This document shows positions 8,005 through 17,882 of a stretch of 64,000 nucleotides of DNA, piece by piece. Both the position numbers and the translations under genes were made by a program. The notes beneath the pieces are model-generated. The model was not told the origin of the DNA. It was given only the letters and a program-made list of their open reading frames with translations, and did not search any database. Where the stretch lies: sequence record SRR22947727_488. The stretch is one strand, 5' to 3'. Position 1 is the stretch's first letter. Every line of letters begins with the position of its first letter.

Positions 8005-9867
8005 ATGTCTAACAGTGCGGTTAATACTGATCTAAGTGGTACTAAGCTAATTAAGAATTTTGTGTCACGCCTGCAAAAGAAGCCTGGTGTTTATCGCATG
8101 TTTGATCAGTATGGAAATTTGTTATATGTGGGGAAAGCAAAGAACCTAAAAAACCGTGTAAATGCTTACACAAGTTATAATAGACATCCAGTTCGTATTC
8201 AAAGGATGATAAGAGCGACTCATGATATGGAGTTTGTTATTTGTGACTCAGAGACTGAAGCTTTGTTACTTGAGGCTAGTCTTATTAAAAAACTCAAACC
8301 TAGGTATAATATTTTATTACGTGATGATAAATCGTTTCCCTATATTTTAGTCCGAAAGGATCACCCTGCAGCGCAAGTAAAAAAACATAGAGGCGCTAAA
8401 AAAAACAAGGGTGAATATTATGGTCCCTTCGCCAGTGTTACAGCTGTAAACAGAACATTAGACACGATTCAGAGAGCCTTCCGTTTAAGAAATTGTTCCG
8501 ATGCAATATATGAGTCTCGAACTCGTCCCTGTTTGTTATTTCAAATTAAACGATGTTCTGCTCCTTGCACAGGTGAGATAAATTTAAAAGATTACTCTCA
8601 ATTAATTAAAGATGCTGATGACTTTTTATCGGGTAGGTCGGTTGTTTTGAAAAAAAATTTACAAAAACAAATGTCTGAAGCATCCAGCATTCAAAATTAT
8701 GAAAAAGCTGCAGAGTATAGAGATCGTATCAATGCAATATCTCAGGTTACAGGAAAAAGTTTTGATATTAACCCCAAGACGTTCTCTGAGGCTGATATAT
8801 TCGCAATTCATACAGAAAACAATCAAAGCTGTGTCCAAGTTTTTTTCTTTAGAGCAGGACAAAATTGGGGAAATAAGTCTTATTTTCCTCGCCATACTAT
8901 AGATGATAAGTCAGAGGTAGTATTAGATGCTTTCATAGCTCAATTTTATATGAATAAGCCTATTCCTAAAAATATATATGTTAACAAAAATCTTCCAAAT
9001 AAGGGCCTTTTAGAAAGTGGCCTTGGTGAAAGAGCAAATTCAAAGGTGTCTATTTTTTTACCGCAAAGAGGTGAAAAAAAACTTATGATGGACAAGGCCT
9101 TAAAAAATGCTCAACAGGCCTTGGCACGTAAGTTGTCAGAGAGTGCTTCTCAGAAAGCATTATTATTGGAACTAAAAGAAATATTTAAATTATCACGAAT
9201 TCCAGACCGCATAGAGGTTTATGACAATAGTCACATCCAGGGAGCTAACGCTATTGGAGCCTTCATAGTCTCTGGAAAAAATGGTTTTGATAAAAAAGAA
9301 TATAGAACTTTTAATATAAAAGATGAAAATATGTCTCTCGGAGATGATTATGCAATGATGCGAGAAGTTTTTAGGCGACGTTTCACTAAATTAGTGAATA
9401 AGCCTCAGCTTAGTTGGCCTGATTTAATATTGATTGACGGAGGGAAGGGGCAATTAAGTGTTGTAAGTAATATTCTCAGAAGTCTCGGTGTTTTGGATAA
9501 AATTACCTTAATCGCTATTGCTAAAGGCCCTGAACGAAATGCAGGGGAAGAAACTTTTTTTATGAATAACCGAGACCCATTTACATTGCCTCCCAAAACT
9601 CCGATATTATATTATTTACAGCGATTGCGTGATGAAGCCCATAGGTTTGCTATAGGAACTCATAGGTCGCGTAGAAAGAAACAAATGAAATCAAACCCCT
9701 TGGATAATATTGATGGTGTAGGAGCAATAAGAAAAAAAGCTTTACTCTCACATTTCGGTTCAGCAAAGGCTATTAAGTCTGCTTCTCTTAATGATTTGGC
9801 ACTAGTTGAAGGAATTAATAAAAAATTAGCCCATGAAATATTTAACTTTTTTAATGATAAAAACTAA
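8005..9867 (+). CDS. uvrC: excinuclease ABC subunit C
   Basis: GIY-YIG (PGVYRM, YVGKAKNL), EALLLE, RIEVYDNSHIQG, DGGKGQ, RDEAHRFA, HhH tail. Confidence 0.97.
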   Translation: MSNSAVNTDLSGTKLIKNFVSRLQKKPGVYRMFDQYGNLLYVGKAKNLKNRVNAYTSYNRHPVRIQRMIRATHDMEFVICDSETEALLLEASLIKKLKPRYNILLRDDKSFPYILVRKDHPAAQVKKHRGAKKNKGEYYGPFASVTAVNRTLDTIQRAFRLRNCSDAIYESRTRPCLLFQIKRCSAPCTGEINLKDYSQLIKDADDFLSGRSVVLKKNLQKQMSEASSIQNYEKAAEYRDRINAISQVTGKSFDINPKTFSEADIFAIHTENNQSCVQVFFFRAGQNWGNKSYFPRHTIDDKSEVVLDAFIAQFYMNKPIPKNIYVNKNLPNKGLLESGLGERANSKVSIFLPQRGEKKLMMDKALKNAQQALARKLSESASQKALLLELKEIFKLSRIPDRIEVYDNSHIQGANAIGAFIVSGKNGFDKKEYRTFNIKDENMSLGDDYAMMREVFRRRFTKLVNKPQLSWPDLILIDGGKGQLSVVSNILRSLGVLDKITLIAIAKGPERNAGEETFFMNNRDPFTLPPKTPILYYLQRLRDEAHRFAIGTHRSRRKKQMKSNPLDNIDGVGAIRKKALLSHFGSAKAIKSASLNDLALVEGINKKLAHEIFNFFNDKN

Positions 9868-9882
9868 TACGGATCAAGGAAT

Positions 9883-10524
9883 ATGAATTCAAACTTCGAT
9901 AAAAAAAATAATTATATATTCTCAAGAATACCTAATGCTTTAACTATATCTCGTATTTTATTGATTCCAATTATTATTACAGGCTTAATTGGTTTTAGGT
10001 TTGGTTTTGATAGTTTGAGCAATAAAACTCTAATCTATTTTTGTTTGTTATATGCTTTTATATCTGATTTTTTAGATGGCTACCTTGCACGCAGATGGAA
10101 GTTGGAGAGTGGTTTTGGAAGAATGATTGACCCTATTGCAGACAAATTATTAGTTGCTGGCTGCTTAATTTCATATTGCATTATATCGCAGGGCGATATG
10201 CTCGTCTTAATCCCCGCCATTATGATAATCTTCAGAGATATTTTAGTTTCTGGAATCCGTGAACATGCATCAAATAGTGGTATACTTATGCCTCCAACAA
10301 AATTAGCTAAATGGAAAACAGGTGTTGAGTTTTTGGCAATCATAGTTTTAGCAAGTTTCGTTGCAAATTATAATTTTGTAGCAGTCGGTGATTTATCAGA
10401 AAAATTAGATTTTTTGACTATCACAGGATCGATAGGAATAATTTCATTATGGATTTCAGCTGTATTATCATTGTGGACAGGCGCTATTTATTTCAAGCAT
10501 GGAATTAAAAGACAAAGTTTTTAA
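9883..10524 (+). CDS. pgsA: CDP-diacylglycerol--glycerol-3-phosphate 3-phosphatidyltransferase
   Basis: PNALTISR, DFLDGYLAR, DPIADK; classic position after uvrC. Confidence 0.92.
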   Translation: MNSNFDKKNNYIFSRIPNALTISRILLIPIIITGLIGFRFGFDSLSNKTLIYFCLLYAFISDFLDGYLARRWKLESGFGRMIDPIADKLLVAGCLISYCIISQGDMLVLIPAIMIIFRDILVSGIREHASNSGILMPPTKLAKWKTGVEFLAIIVLASFVANYNFVAVGDLSEKLDFLTITGSIGIISLWISAVLSLWTGAIYFKHGIKRQSF

Positions 10525-11408
10525 AGGGATATTTCTTGTCTTACGAGTAAATCGTAATCTGATGATAATGCATTACAAACTTTCCCAGGCTTATAATGTA
10601 TTCCATCTATTTCTCTCACTGGACTAACTTCAGCTGCTGTTCCTGTTACAAAGCATTCATCAAAATGGGAAATCTCTGATGGATAAATATCACGTTCAAA
10701 AATTGAATAGCCTCTCTTTCGTGCTAGCTTTAAAATAGTATTATGAGTAATTCCATCAAGCAAATTATCACAAGTTGGCGTATGAATTTCTGTTCCTCTT
10801 ACAAAGAATATATGTGCTCCTGTACATTCAGCAACCCGACCTTTATAATCATACATCAAGGCATCATCAAAACCTTTTAAATTAGCTGCATCTTTTGAAA
10901 GAGTGCATATCATATAGAGTCCTGCACCTTTTGATTTACATGGTATAGTATCAGGGGCAGGGCGTTTCCAATCTGCAACGCATAATCTTATGCCCTTCAT
11001 TTTGTCTTCAAAATAATTACCCCAAAACCAACATGCGATAGCCAGATGAATTTGATTGTTTTTTGATGCTACCCCCATCATTTCTGAACCACGCCATGCT
11101 ACAGGTCTCATATATGCTTCAGATAAACCTGAAATTTTTAAAGTTTCTATGCATGCTTTGTTTATTTCACTTGCTGAATAAGGAATTTCATATCCCATTA
11201 ACTTGGCTGATTTTATCAAACGATCAGTATGGTCCTCAAGTCGAAAAATTTTACCCTTATATGCTCTATTACCCTCAAAAACTGCTGATCCATAATGAAG
11301 TGAATGTGTGAGTATATGAACTTTTGAGTCTCTCCAGTCAACAAATTGACCATCGAACCAAATTTTACCATCTCTATCGTGATATGCCTTAGTAATCATT
11401 ACGAACAC
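10521..11408 (-). CDS. ilvE: branched-chain amino acid aminotransferase
   Basis: LHYGSAVFEG.RAY, PLP Lys region KSKGAGLY, LLDGIT, TGTAAEV. Confidence 0.93.
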   Translation of the reverse strand: MFVMITKAYHDRDGKIWFDGQFVDWRDSKVHILTHSLHYGSAVFEGNRAYKGKIFRLEDHTDRLIKSAKLMGYEIPYSASEINKACIETLKISGLSEAYMRPVAWRGSEMMGVASKNNQIHLAIACWFWGNYFEDKMKGIRLCVADWKRPAPDTIPCKSKGAGLYMICTLSKDAANLKGFDDALMYDYKGRVAECTGAHIFFVRGTEIHTPTCDNLLDGITHNTILKLARKRGYSIFERDIYPSEISHFDECFVTGTAAEVSPVREIDGIHYKPGKVCNALSSDYDLLVRQEISL

Positions 11409-11505
11409 CTTAAATGAAGTACCTACTTGCTAGGATCTGATTTAAACGCCATTCTCGACACGTTAGCAAAGATGTCAACAGTGATTCACTTTTATAGGAG
11501 ATATT

Positions 11506-12210
11506 TTGAGCATAAATATTCTTAATTCACATAGAAATGATATTCATATTCTTATAGTCGATGATGATGATCGGATACGTAAGTTACTAAAAAGATATCT
11601 CCTGAGAGCTGGATTTCGGGTGTCAGAATGTAATAGTACCAAATATGCTAGAGCAAAGATGCAAGGTCTGTGTTTTGATTTGCTTATATTAGATGTAATG
11701 ATGCCTGAAGAGACTGGGTTTGAATTTACACGTAAATTGCGTCAATATAATGATATTCCTATAATTTTGTTAACTGCTAAAGGTGACGTAAATAACCGCA
11801 TTGAAGGTTTAAGGGCAGGTGCTGATGATTATATCTCTAAACCTTTTGAACCTGAAGAATTAGTTTTAAGAATTGAATCAATATTTAAAAGGCTTGCTTC
11901 AACAGCAGTTGGTCCTGAAGTCAGTTTTGGCCCCTATTCTTATAATCATGCACAGTCAAAGCTTTTTAAGAATGACAAGGCTGTTCACTTAACAAGTAGC
12001 GAGGTTAAATTGCTTGATATTTTGTCTAGAAGAAATGGTGGAGTGGTTACTCGGCACGCTCTTTCAATCGAAACAGGTGCTAAGTCTGAGAGAGCCGTAG
12101 ATATACAGATTATACGTCTTCGTAAAAAAATTGAAAATAATCCCTCTGTTCCTGAATACTTGATTACTGTTCGCGGTATAGGCTATCGTTTATCTGTTGA
12201 AAGCCTTTAA
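11506..12210 (+). CDS. OmpR-family response regulator (PetR-like)
   Basis: VDDD, DVMMP, GADDYISKPF, winged-helix VRGIGY. Confidence 0.92.
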   Translation: MSINILNSHRNDIHILIVDDDDRIRKLLKRYLLRAGFRVSECNSTKYARAKMQGLCFDLLILDVMMPEETGFEFTRKLRQYNDIPIILLTAKGDVNNRIEGLRAGADDYISKPFEPEELVLRIESIFKRLASTAVGPEVSFGPYSYNHAQSKLFKNDKAVHLTSSEVKLLDILSRRNGGVVTRHALSIETGAKSERAVDIQIIRLRKKIENNPSVPEYLITVRGIGYRLSVESL

Positions 12211-13520
12211 TGAAAAAAACTATAAATAAACATTTACCAAAGAGTTTATTTGGTCGCGCTTTGCTTATTATAATGCTTCCCATTACTATAATGCAGATAG
12301 CAGTTGTTTATTTCTTTTTTAATCTTCACTGGGATCAGGTTACGTCGAATTTATCAGACTCTGTAGCTGCAGATATTTCAGTTGCGGTTCAGCTTTACAA
12401 GCAAAATCCAACTTTAGAGCAAGTTGAAAAACTAGAAAACCTTTTACGGCCAAAAATGGAGTTATCTGTTGCACTTGAATTAGATGATGAGTTGCCAACT
12501 ATAATTCGAAGTTCATTTTTTTCTAATTTAGATAAAACATTAAGTCGGTCGTTAAATAATAGTGTGGTTGAAAACTTTTGGTTTGATACAACAAAATATC
12601 CAAATCATATTGATATTAGAGTAAAAGTTAATGAAGGTGTCTTAAGGTTTATTGCCGCAAGAGAAAGAGTTTTTGCACCATTAGGATATGTATTTATTTT
12701 TTGGTTGGTTATGGCGACTATCTTGCTTTCATTAGTATCAATCTATTTTATTAGAAATCAAGCTACACCTATTTCTGAATTAGCTAACGCTGCCGATGCT
12801 TTTGGCCGTGGAGAAGATAAATATAATTTTCGTCCATCAGGTGCTTCGGAAGTAAGATTAGCGGGTCAGTCTTTCCTTAAGATGCGTGGTCGTATCAAAA
12901 GGCATATAGAGCAAAGAACAATTATGTTAGCAGGTGTATCGCATGATTTAAAAACACCTTTAACAAGGTTAAAGCTACATTTAAGTATGCAACATAACTC
13001 TGAGGAGAATAAAGCTGCTAAGCAAGATATCAAAGACATGGAATCAATGCTCGAGGCTTATTTGGATTTTGCACGAGGCCTTGAAGGAGAAGCATTAGAA
13101 GCAATAAATATTTATAATTTCATTCAAAAATTGGTAACAAAAATGAAATTAACTAATGTTCAGCTAATAGCACCATTTGAAATTACAGTATCCATAAGGC
13201 CAAGAGCTATGGAACGAGCACTAATGAATTTGATTGAAAATACCCAGAAATATGCCAAAAACTGCCGTATAACTTTAACTAAATCTTCAGAAAGCTTACT
13301 AATATCAATAGAAGATGATGGTGAAGGAATTCCAAAAAATAAAAGAAAATCAGCCTTTAAGGCATTTCATAGATTAGATATTTCAAGAAATCAAAATATT
13401 GAAGGTGTTGGTTTAGGGCTTTCAATAGCAAGAGATATTGCTCAAAATCATGGAGGTTCTTTAAGGCTTCATGACAGTTCCATGGGGGGTGTGAAAGCTA
13501 TTTTGAGAATTCCCATTTAG
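12210..13520 (+). CDS. EnvZ-like sensor histidine kinase
   Basis: Two TM segments, HAMP, GVSHDLKTPLTR H-box, DDGEGI and GVGLGLSIA; start overlaps regulator stop. Confidence 0.92.
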   Translation: MKKTINKHLPKSLFGRALLIIMLPITIMQIAVVYFFFNLHWDQVTSNLSDSVAADISVAVQLYKQNPTLEQVEKLENLLRPKMELSVALELDDELPTIIRSSFFSNLDKTLSRSLNNSVVENFWFDTTKYPNHIDIRVKVNEGVLRFIAARERVFAPLGYVFIFWLVMATILLSLVSIYFIRNQATPISELANAADAFGRGEDKYNFRPSGASEVRLAGQSFLKMRGRIKRHIEQRTIMLAGVSHDLKTPLTRLKLHLSMQHNSEENKAAKQDIKDMESMLEAYLDFARGLEGEALEAINIYNFIQKLVTKMKLTNVQLIAPFEITVSIRPRAMERALMNLIENTQKYAKNCRITLTKSSESLLISIEDDGEGIPKNKRKSAFKAFHRLDISRNQNIEGVGLGLSIARDIAQNHGGSLRLHDSSMGGVKAILRIPI

Positions 13521-13521
13521 T

Positions 13522-14331
13522 TTATTCTAAATTTTTTGATCTCTTTATAGCTGCATCAACGGTATCATGAATTAATTTTTCTAATCCATTTTTTCCCATT
13601 AAAATTTTTAGTGCTGCTTCAGTAGTTCCTTTGGGGGATGTTACATTTTTCCTGAGTTCAGAGGGGGTATAACTTGAATTTTCTAATAAAGCTGCTGAAC
13701 CAATTATTGTTTCACGTGCAATTATTGATGCAATATCTTTTGAAAGTCCATTTTCAATAGCTGCTAATTCTAATGTTTCAACAAGGTAGAATAGGTAAGC
13801 CGGTCCAGATCCAGAAATACCAGTTATGGTATTTATTAGTATTTCATTATCGAGTTCATATACTTTTCCAACAGCTTGGAACAGTTTCATTATTTCTTGA
13901 ATTTGATTTGTATTAACTAGAGAATTTTTTGCAAAACAAGTAATGCCCTTTCCTATAGAAGAAGGTGTATTTGGCATGGCTCTAATTATTGCATGGGTTT
14001 TAAATATTTCTTGTAATTTTTGAATTTTAGTTCCTGCTAAAATTGATATAATTAATGACTTCTGGGGTAAGTATTTTCCTAAACTTATAGATATTTCGTC
14101 AATTTTTTGTGGTTTAATCGCTAAGATTGTTGTTCTTATATTGCGTATCTTTTTATCAATTGTTTTTAAATGTAGGGCGCCTGATTTAATTGCTTTAAGA
14201 GCTTCTTCACCAGGGTTAGGATCTATTATTACGATTTGTTCAGGGGTTAAGACACTTGAATGAATCCATCCTTTAATAAGGGCGCCTCCCATTTTACCGG
14301 CACCAATAATCAAATGCGTTCTATTACACAT
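13522..14331 (-). CDS. proC: pyrroline-5-carboxylate reductase
   Basis: GAGKMG, AIKPQ, RAMPNTP, SGSGPAY, VTSPKGTT. Confidence 0.95.
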   Translation of the reverse strand: MCNRTHLIIGAGKMGGALIKGWIHSSVLTPEQIVIIDPNPGEEALKAIKSGALHLKTIDKKIRNIRTTILAIKPQKIDEISISLGKYLPQKSLIISILAGTKIQKLQEIFKTHAIIRAMPNTPSSIGKGITCFAKNSLVNTNQIQEIMKLFQAVGKVYELDNEILINTITGISGSGPAYLFYLVETLELAAIENGLSKDIASIIARETIIGSAALLENSSYTPSELRKNVTSPKGTTEAALKILMGKNGLEKLIHDTVDAAIKRSKNLE

Positions 14332-14334
14332 TGA

Positions 14335-14868
14335 TTATTTATTGGATTCTAAATCAACTAAAGCTGATGTTAGAGCATCTTCTGGAGACTTTCCTGCCCA
14401 TAAAACATATTGACATGCAGGGTAACCACGTTCCGCTGCATCGAGTGCTAATGCAATCATATCCATGGCTTGCTCTATTTTTAAGTTAGCGCCGCCACGT
14501 AGTGAGATAGAATCTCTATAAACGAGTGATTTATTTTTATCCCAATAATCAAAATGACCCGATACAAGTCTTTCGTTTAAAAGTGATATTAATCTACAGA
14601 TATTATTAGATCTCCCGCCAATGGTTCTGCTTTCGAATATAAGAAATATTTGCAATTGCTCTAAGGCAGAGTTCCAGGTTATTGAGACATTATGATCACA
14701 CCATAGCCCGTTTAACGCTATATGTAATTCATTTAAGTCAACTCTTTCGTTTTCATATCCTTCAGCTACTGATAGCCTAACGAATACGTCTATGGGGTTT
14801 TCTCGCAGGAACTCTAACCCTTTTAAAGACTGTTTGGGACGCAAACATCTGTCGTCAGCATAACTCAT
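14335..14868 (-). CDS. YbjN domain protein
   Basis: NPID, LNERL..GHFD.W, AERGYPA.QYVLWAGK; typical position upstream of proC. Confidence 0.8.
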   Translation of the reverse strand: MSYADDRCLRPKQSLKGLEFLRENPIDVFVRLSVAEGYENERVDLNELHIALNGLWCDHNVSITWNSALEQLQIFLIFESRTIGGRSNNICRLISLLNERLVSGHFDYWDKNKSLVYRDSISLRGGANLKIEQAMDMIALALDAAERGYPACQYVLWAGKSPEDALTSALVDLESNK

Positions 14869-15000
14869 TTAACCACCTGTTATGATATCGTTATCAACGA
14901 ATCTCTATTATTAAAAGTTAGCTTGAGTAATTTTAATTACAAGATGTAGTATCATGTGCTTTGTTGATAACTGTATTTAGGTGAAAAATATAATAATTCA

Positions 15001-16053
15001 CTAACGAAATGACTTCTGAATCTCTTTTAAATTATCTAATCCAGGATTTAACTCTTTATATGGTATTTGATTTAGTGGTCGCTCTTGTAAGTTATTTTGT
15101 TCAGCCATGTCAGAAAGATTTTTATTAATATAAATTAAACCAGTTGCTATTTCTTTTGTATTATTATTTGTAATTTTTGAAAATGCTGACGACCTATCAG
15201 AAGGATCATAGCTTGGATCAAGTTTGCGAAGTATGATTTCTCCACCATCATGAAGAACTATTGGCATGGATTCACCTACATCGTAAGCAGCTTTAATTTC
15301 TTCTGCAGGTGGTATATAGTCAGCATGCACAAGTTTACTGTAATATTTATAAGTATGTTCATATGATTTTGTTGAGCCTTTGTGATCATTAAAGCTAACG
15401 CATGGTGATATTACATCAATTAAAGCAAAGCCTTTATGCATTAGTCCAGCTCTTATTAACTTTACTAATTGTTCCCTATCACCTGAAAATGATCGCGCAA
15501 TAAAACTGGCACCGACAGATAAACCTAATGCGCAAGGGTCTATAGGTGGTTGATCATTTACTGTTCCTTTTTTTGCTACTGATCCTATGTCAGCTGAGGC
15601 AGAAAACTGACCTTTAGTTAGTCCGTATACACCGTTATTTTCTAATACATAAAGCATATTTGCATTTCTACGCATTGCATGAATCATTTGTCCTATTCCG
15701 ATTGAAAGGCTATCGCCATCTCCAGATACCCCAAAATAAGTTAATGAGGTATTTGCTGCCATTGCTCCCGTAGCAAATGAAGGCATTCGTCCATGCACGG
15801 TATTAGCTCCATGAGCTTCTTTGAGAAGGTATGAAGTTGTTTTTGAAGAACAACCTATTCCTGATATTTTTGCAACTTTATGCGGTTTGATTGATAATTC
15901 AAAAAAAGCTCTAGCTAATGCTGCTGTAACGCTATCATGACCGCATCCTGCACATAATGTAGACATCGTACCATCATAATCTTGTCGTGTTAACCCAATT
16001 TTATTTTTTGGAGCACTTTTCCGGCTTATACGGGGCTTTATAAATGAAGTCAT
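15001..16053 (-). CDS. korB: 2-oxoacid:ferredoxin/acceptor oxidoreductase subunit beta
   Basis: LCAGCGH, SGIGCS, HGR, TPP motif GDGD...NN, YGLTKGQ, SPCV. Confidence 0.92.
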   Translation of the reverse strand: MTSFIKPRISRKSAPKNKIGLTRQDYDGTMSTLCAGCGHDSVTAALARAFFELSIKPHKVAKISGIGCSSKTTSYLLKEAHGANTVHGRMPSFATGAMAANTSLTYFGVSGDGDSLSIGIGQMIHAMRRNANMLYVLENNGVYGLTKGQFSASADIGSVAKKGTVNDQPPIDPCALGLSVGASFIARSFSGDREQLVKLIRAGLMHKGFALIDVISPCVSFNDHKGSTKSYEHTYKYYSKLVHADYIPPAEEIKAAYDVGESMPIVLHDGGEIILRKLDPSYDPSDRSSAFSKITNNNTKEIATGLIYINKNLSDMAEQNNLQERPLNQIPYKELNPGLDNLKEIQKSFR

Positions 16054-17882
16054 GCTGTCTTCTTATTTTTTTGGTTAGCCATAATTTCTTTGAATAGTGC
16101 ATCATGTACGAATTTATAATCTAATGGTTGTCCAGCATAGTATTTAATTGATACCAATTTTTCTCGTGGTGCATTTGTTTCAGTAAGTAATAAATTCATT
16201 AATTGAGCATCACGGTTTTGTTCAATAATAAATACAAAATCGTGATCAATGATGAAATCTTCTACAGAGTCTGCAAAAGGGAATGATCGAATACGCATGT
16301 AATCAATATATATGCCGTGTTTTTCTAGATTAATGCATGCTTCACGCACTGCTCCATCAGAACTTCCTATAGCAACCACTGCATAATTAGTTTTTTTCAG
16401 ACTTTTTGATATAATAGGTTGCGGGGTAAATGGTGCTGCACTTTTCCACTTAAGTAAGAGTCTATCTACAACTTCTTTATATTCAGAGCTAATTTCTGTA
16501 TATTTACCATATTTATTGTGTCCAGAGCCTCTCAGAAAGTATGCACCTTTTGGGTCTGTACCTGGTAATGTCCTGTAAGGTATATAGTCCCCGTCAATAT
16601 CTAAATATCTACTATATTCCTCTATATCAGCTAGTTGCTTTGAGGTCATAATTTTCCCTCGGTCAGGTTCGTAGTTTTCATTCCATTCGAGATCATCAAC
16701 CATCCAATCATTCATTCCTATATCTAAATCAGAAAGAAAAAATACAGGTGTTTGAAACCTTTCTGCCAAATCAAAAGCTTGTGCTGCCATCGTAAAGCAT
16801 TCACCTGGATCAGCCGGATAAAGGACTATATGTTTTGTATCGCCATGACTTGCATAGGCAGTAATATTTATATCGCATTGTTGTGTTCGCGTCGGCATTC
16901 CTGTCGAAGGTCCAACACGCTGAATATCAAAGTAAACGAGGCCAACTTCTGCATAATAAGCGAAGCCTATAAACTCACTCATTAGAGATATACCAGCACC
17001 CGATGTCGGCGTGAATGCTCTAGCGCCATTCCATGCGGCACCCATTGCCATGCCTGCAGCAGAGAGCTCATCTTCAGCTTGAATAATACAATATAAGTTT
17101 TCATTGGTTTTGGGATGTTTTCTGTATAGGTTACAATATTTTGAAAAACTATCCATCAATGATGTTGATGGTGTGATTGGGTACCAAGAACCAAATGTTG
17201 CCCCTGCATATACTGCTCCGAGCCCCGCAGCAGTGTTTCCGTCAATCATTATTTTATTTGATGTTCTATCGAGTGATTTAACTAAGAATTTTTTATTGTT
17301 AAGTTTATTTTCTTCAATGTAGTTAAATCCTAAACCAACAGCCTTAATATTAGCAGGGATCAGTTTTCTTTTCTTTTCAAATGTTTCATTAATCAAATTA
17401 TAGATTATAGACATATCAAGTCCAATGATAGCTGCAACAGCTCCAACATATGCCATGTTTTTCATGAGAATCCTGGACCGTGCAACCTCAAATTCTGCAT
17501 TACACAGGCTTGATAATGGAATGCCAATTACGGTAATGTCTGCTCTGTTCATGAAGTGCGGTCTGGGCCAAGTACTATCATAAATAAGAATGCCTCCAAT
17601 TGAAATACTATCCAGGTCACGCTCATAACTTTCAGGGTTCATTGATACCATTATATTAACATCGCCTGAGCGTCCTGCGTGTCCTTCACCTGTTACTCTT
17701 ATCTCGTACCAAGTAGGAAGTCCTTGTATGTTTGAGGGAAATATATTTTTGCCTACAACTGGAACACCCATGCGAAATATAGCTTTCATGAGTAACTCAT
17801 TTGCTGATGCAGAGCCAGTACCGTTAACTGTACCAATTTTTATAACGAAATCATTTATTTTAATACTTTGGTTATCTGTCAT
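16050..17882 (-). CDS. korA: 2-oxoacid:acceptor oxidoreductase subunit alpha (gamma-alpha fusion)
   Basis: YPITPS, QAEDE, QRVGPSTGMPT. Confidence 0.92.
   Translation of the reverse strand: MTDNQSIKINDFVIKIGTVNGTGSASANELLMKAIFRMGVPVVGKNIFPSNIQGLPTWYEIRVTGEGHAGRSGDVNIMVSMNPESYERDLDSISIGGILIYDSTWPRPHFMNRADITVIGIPLSSLCNAEFEVARSRILMKNMAYVGAVAAIIGLDMSIIYNLINETFEKKRKLIPANIKAVGLGFNYIEENKLNNKKFLVKSLDRTSNKIMIDGNTAAGLGAVYAGATFGSWYPITPSTSLMDSFSKYCNLYRKHPKTNENLYCIIQAEDELSAAGMAMGAAWNGARAFTPTSGAGISLMSEFIGFAYYAEVGLVYFDIQRVGPSTGMPTRTQQCDINITAYASHGDTKHIVLYPADPGECFTMAAQAFDLAERFQTPVFFLSDLDIGMNDWMVDDLEWNENYEPDRGKIMTSKQLADIEEYSRYLDIDGDYIPYRTLPGTDPKGAYFLRGSGHNKYGKYTEISSEYKEVVDRLLLKWKSAAPFTPQPIISKSLKKTNYAVVAIGSSDGAVREACINLEKHGIYIDYMRIRSFPFADSVEDFIIDHDFVFIIEQNRDAQLMNLLLTETNAPREKLVSIKYYAGQPLDYKFVHDALFKEIMANQKNKKTA

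Noticed and set aside
14962-14970. DnaA-box-like TTATCAACA on the minus strand
   Set aside because: Mismatched, with only one weaker copy nearby and no origin-type gene context.
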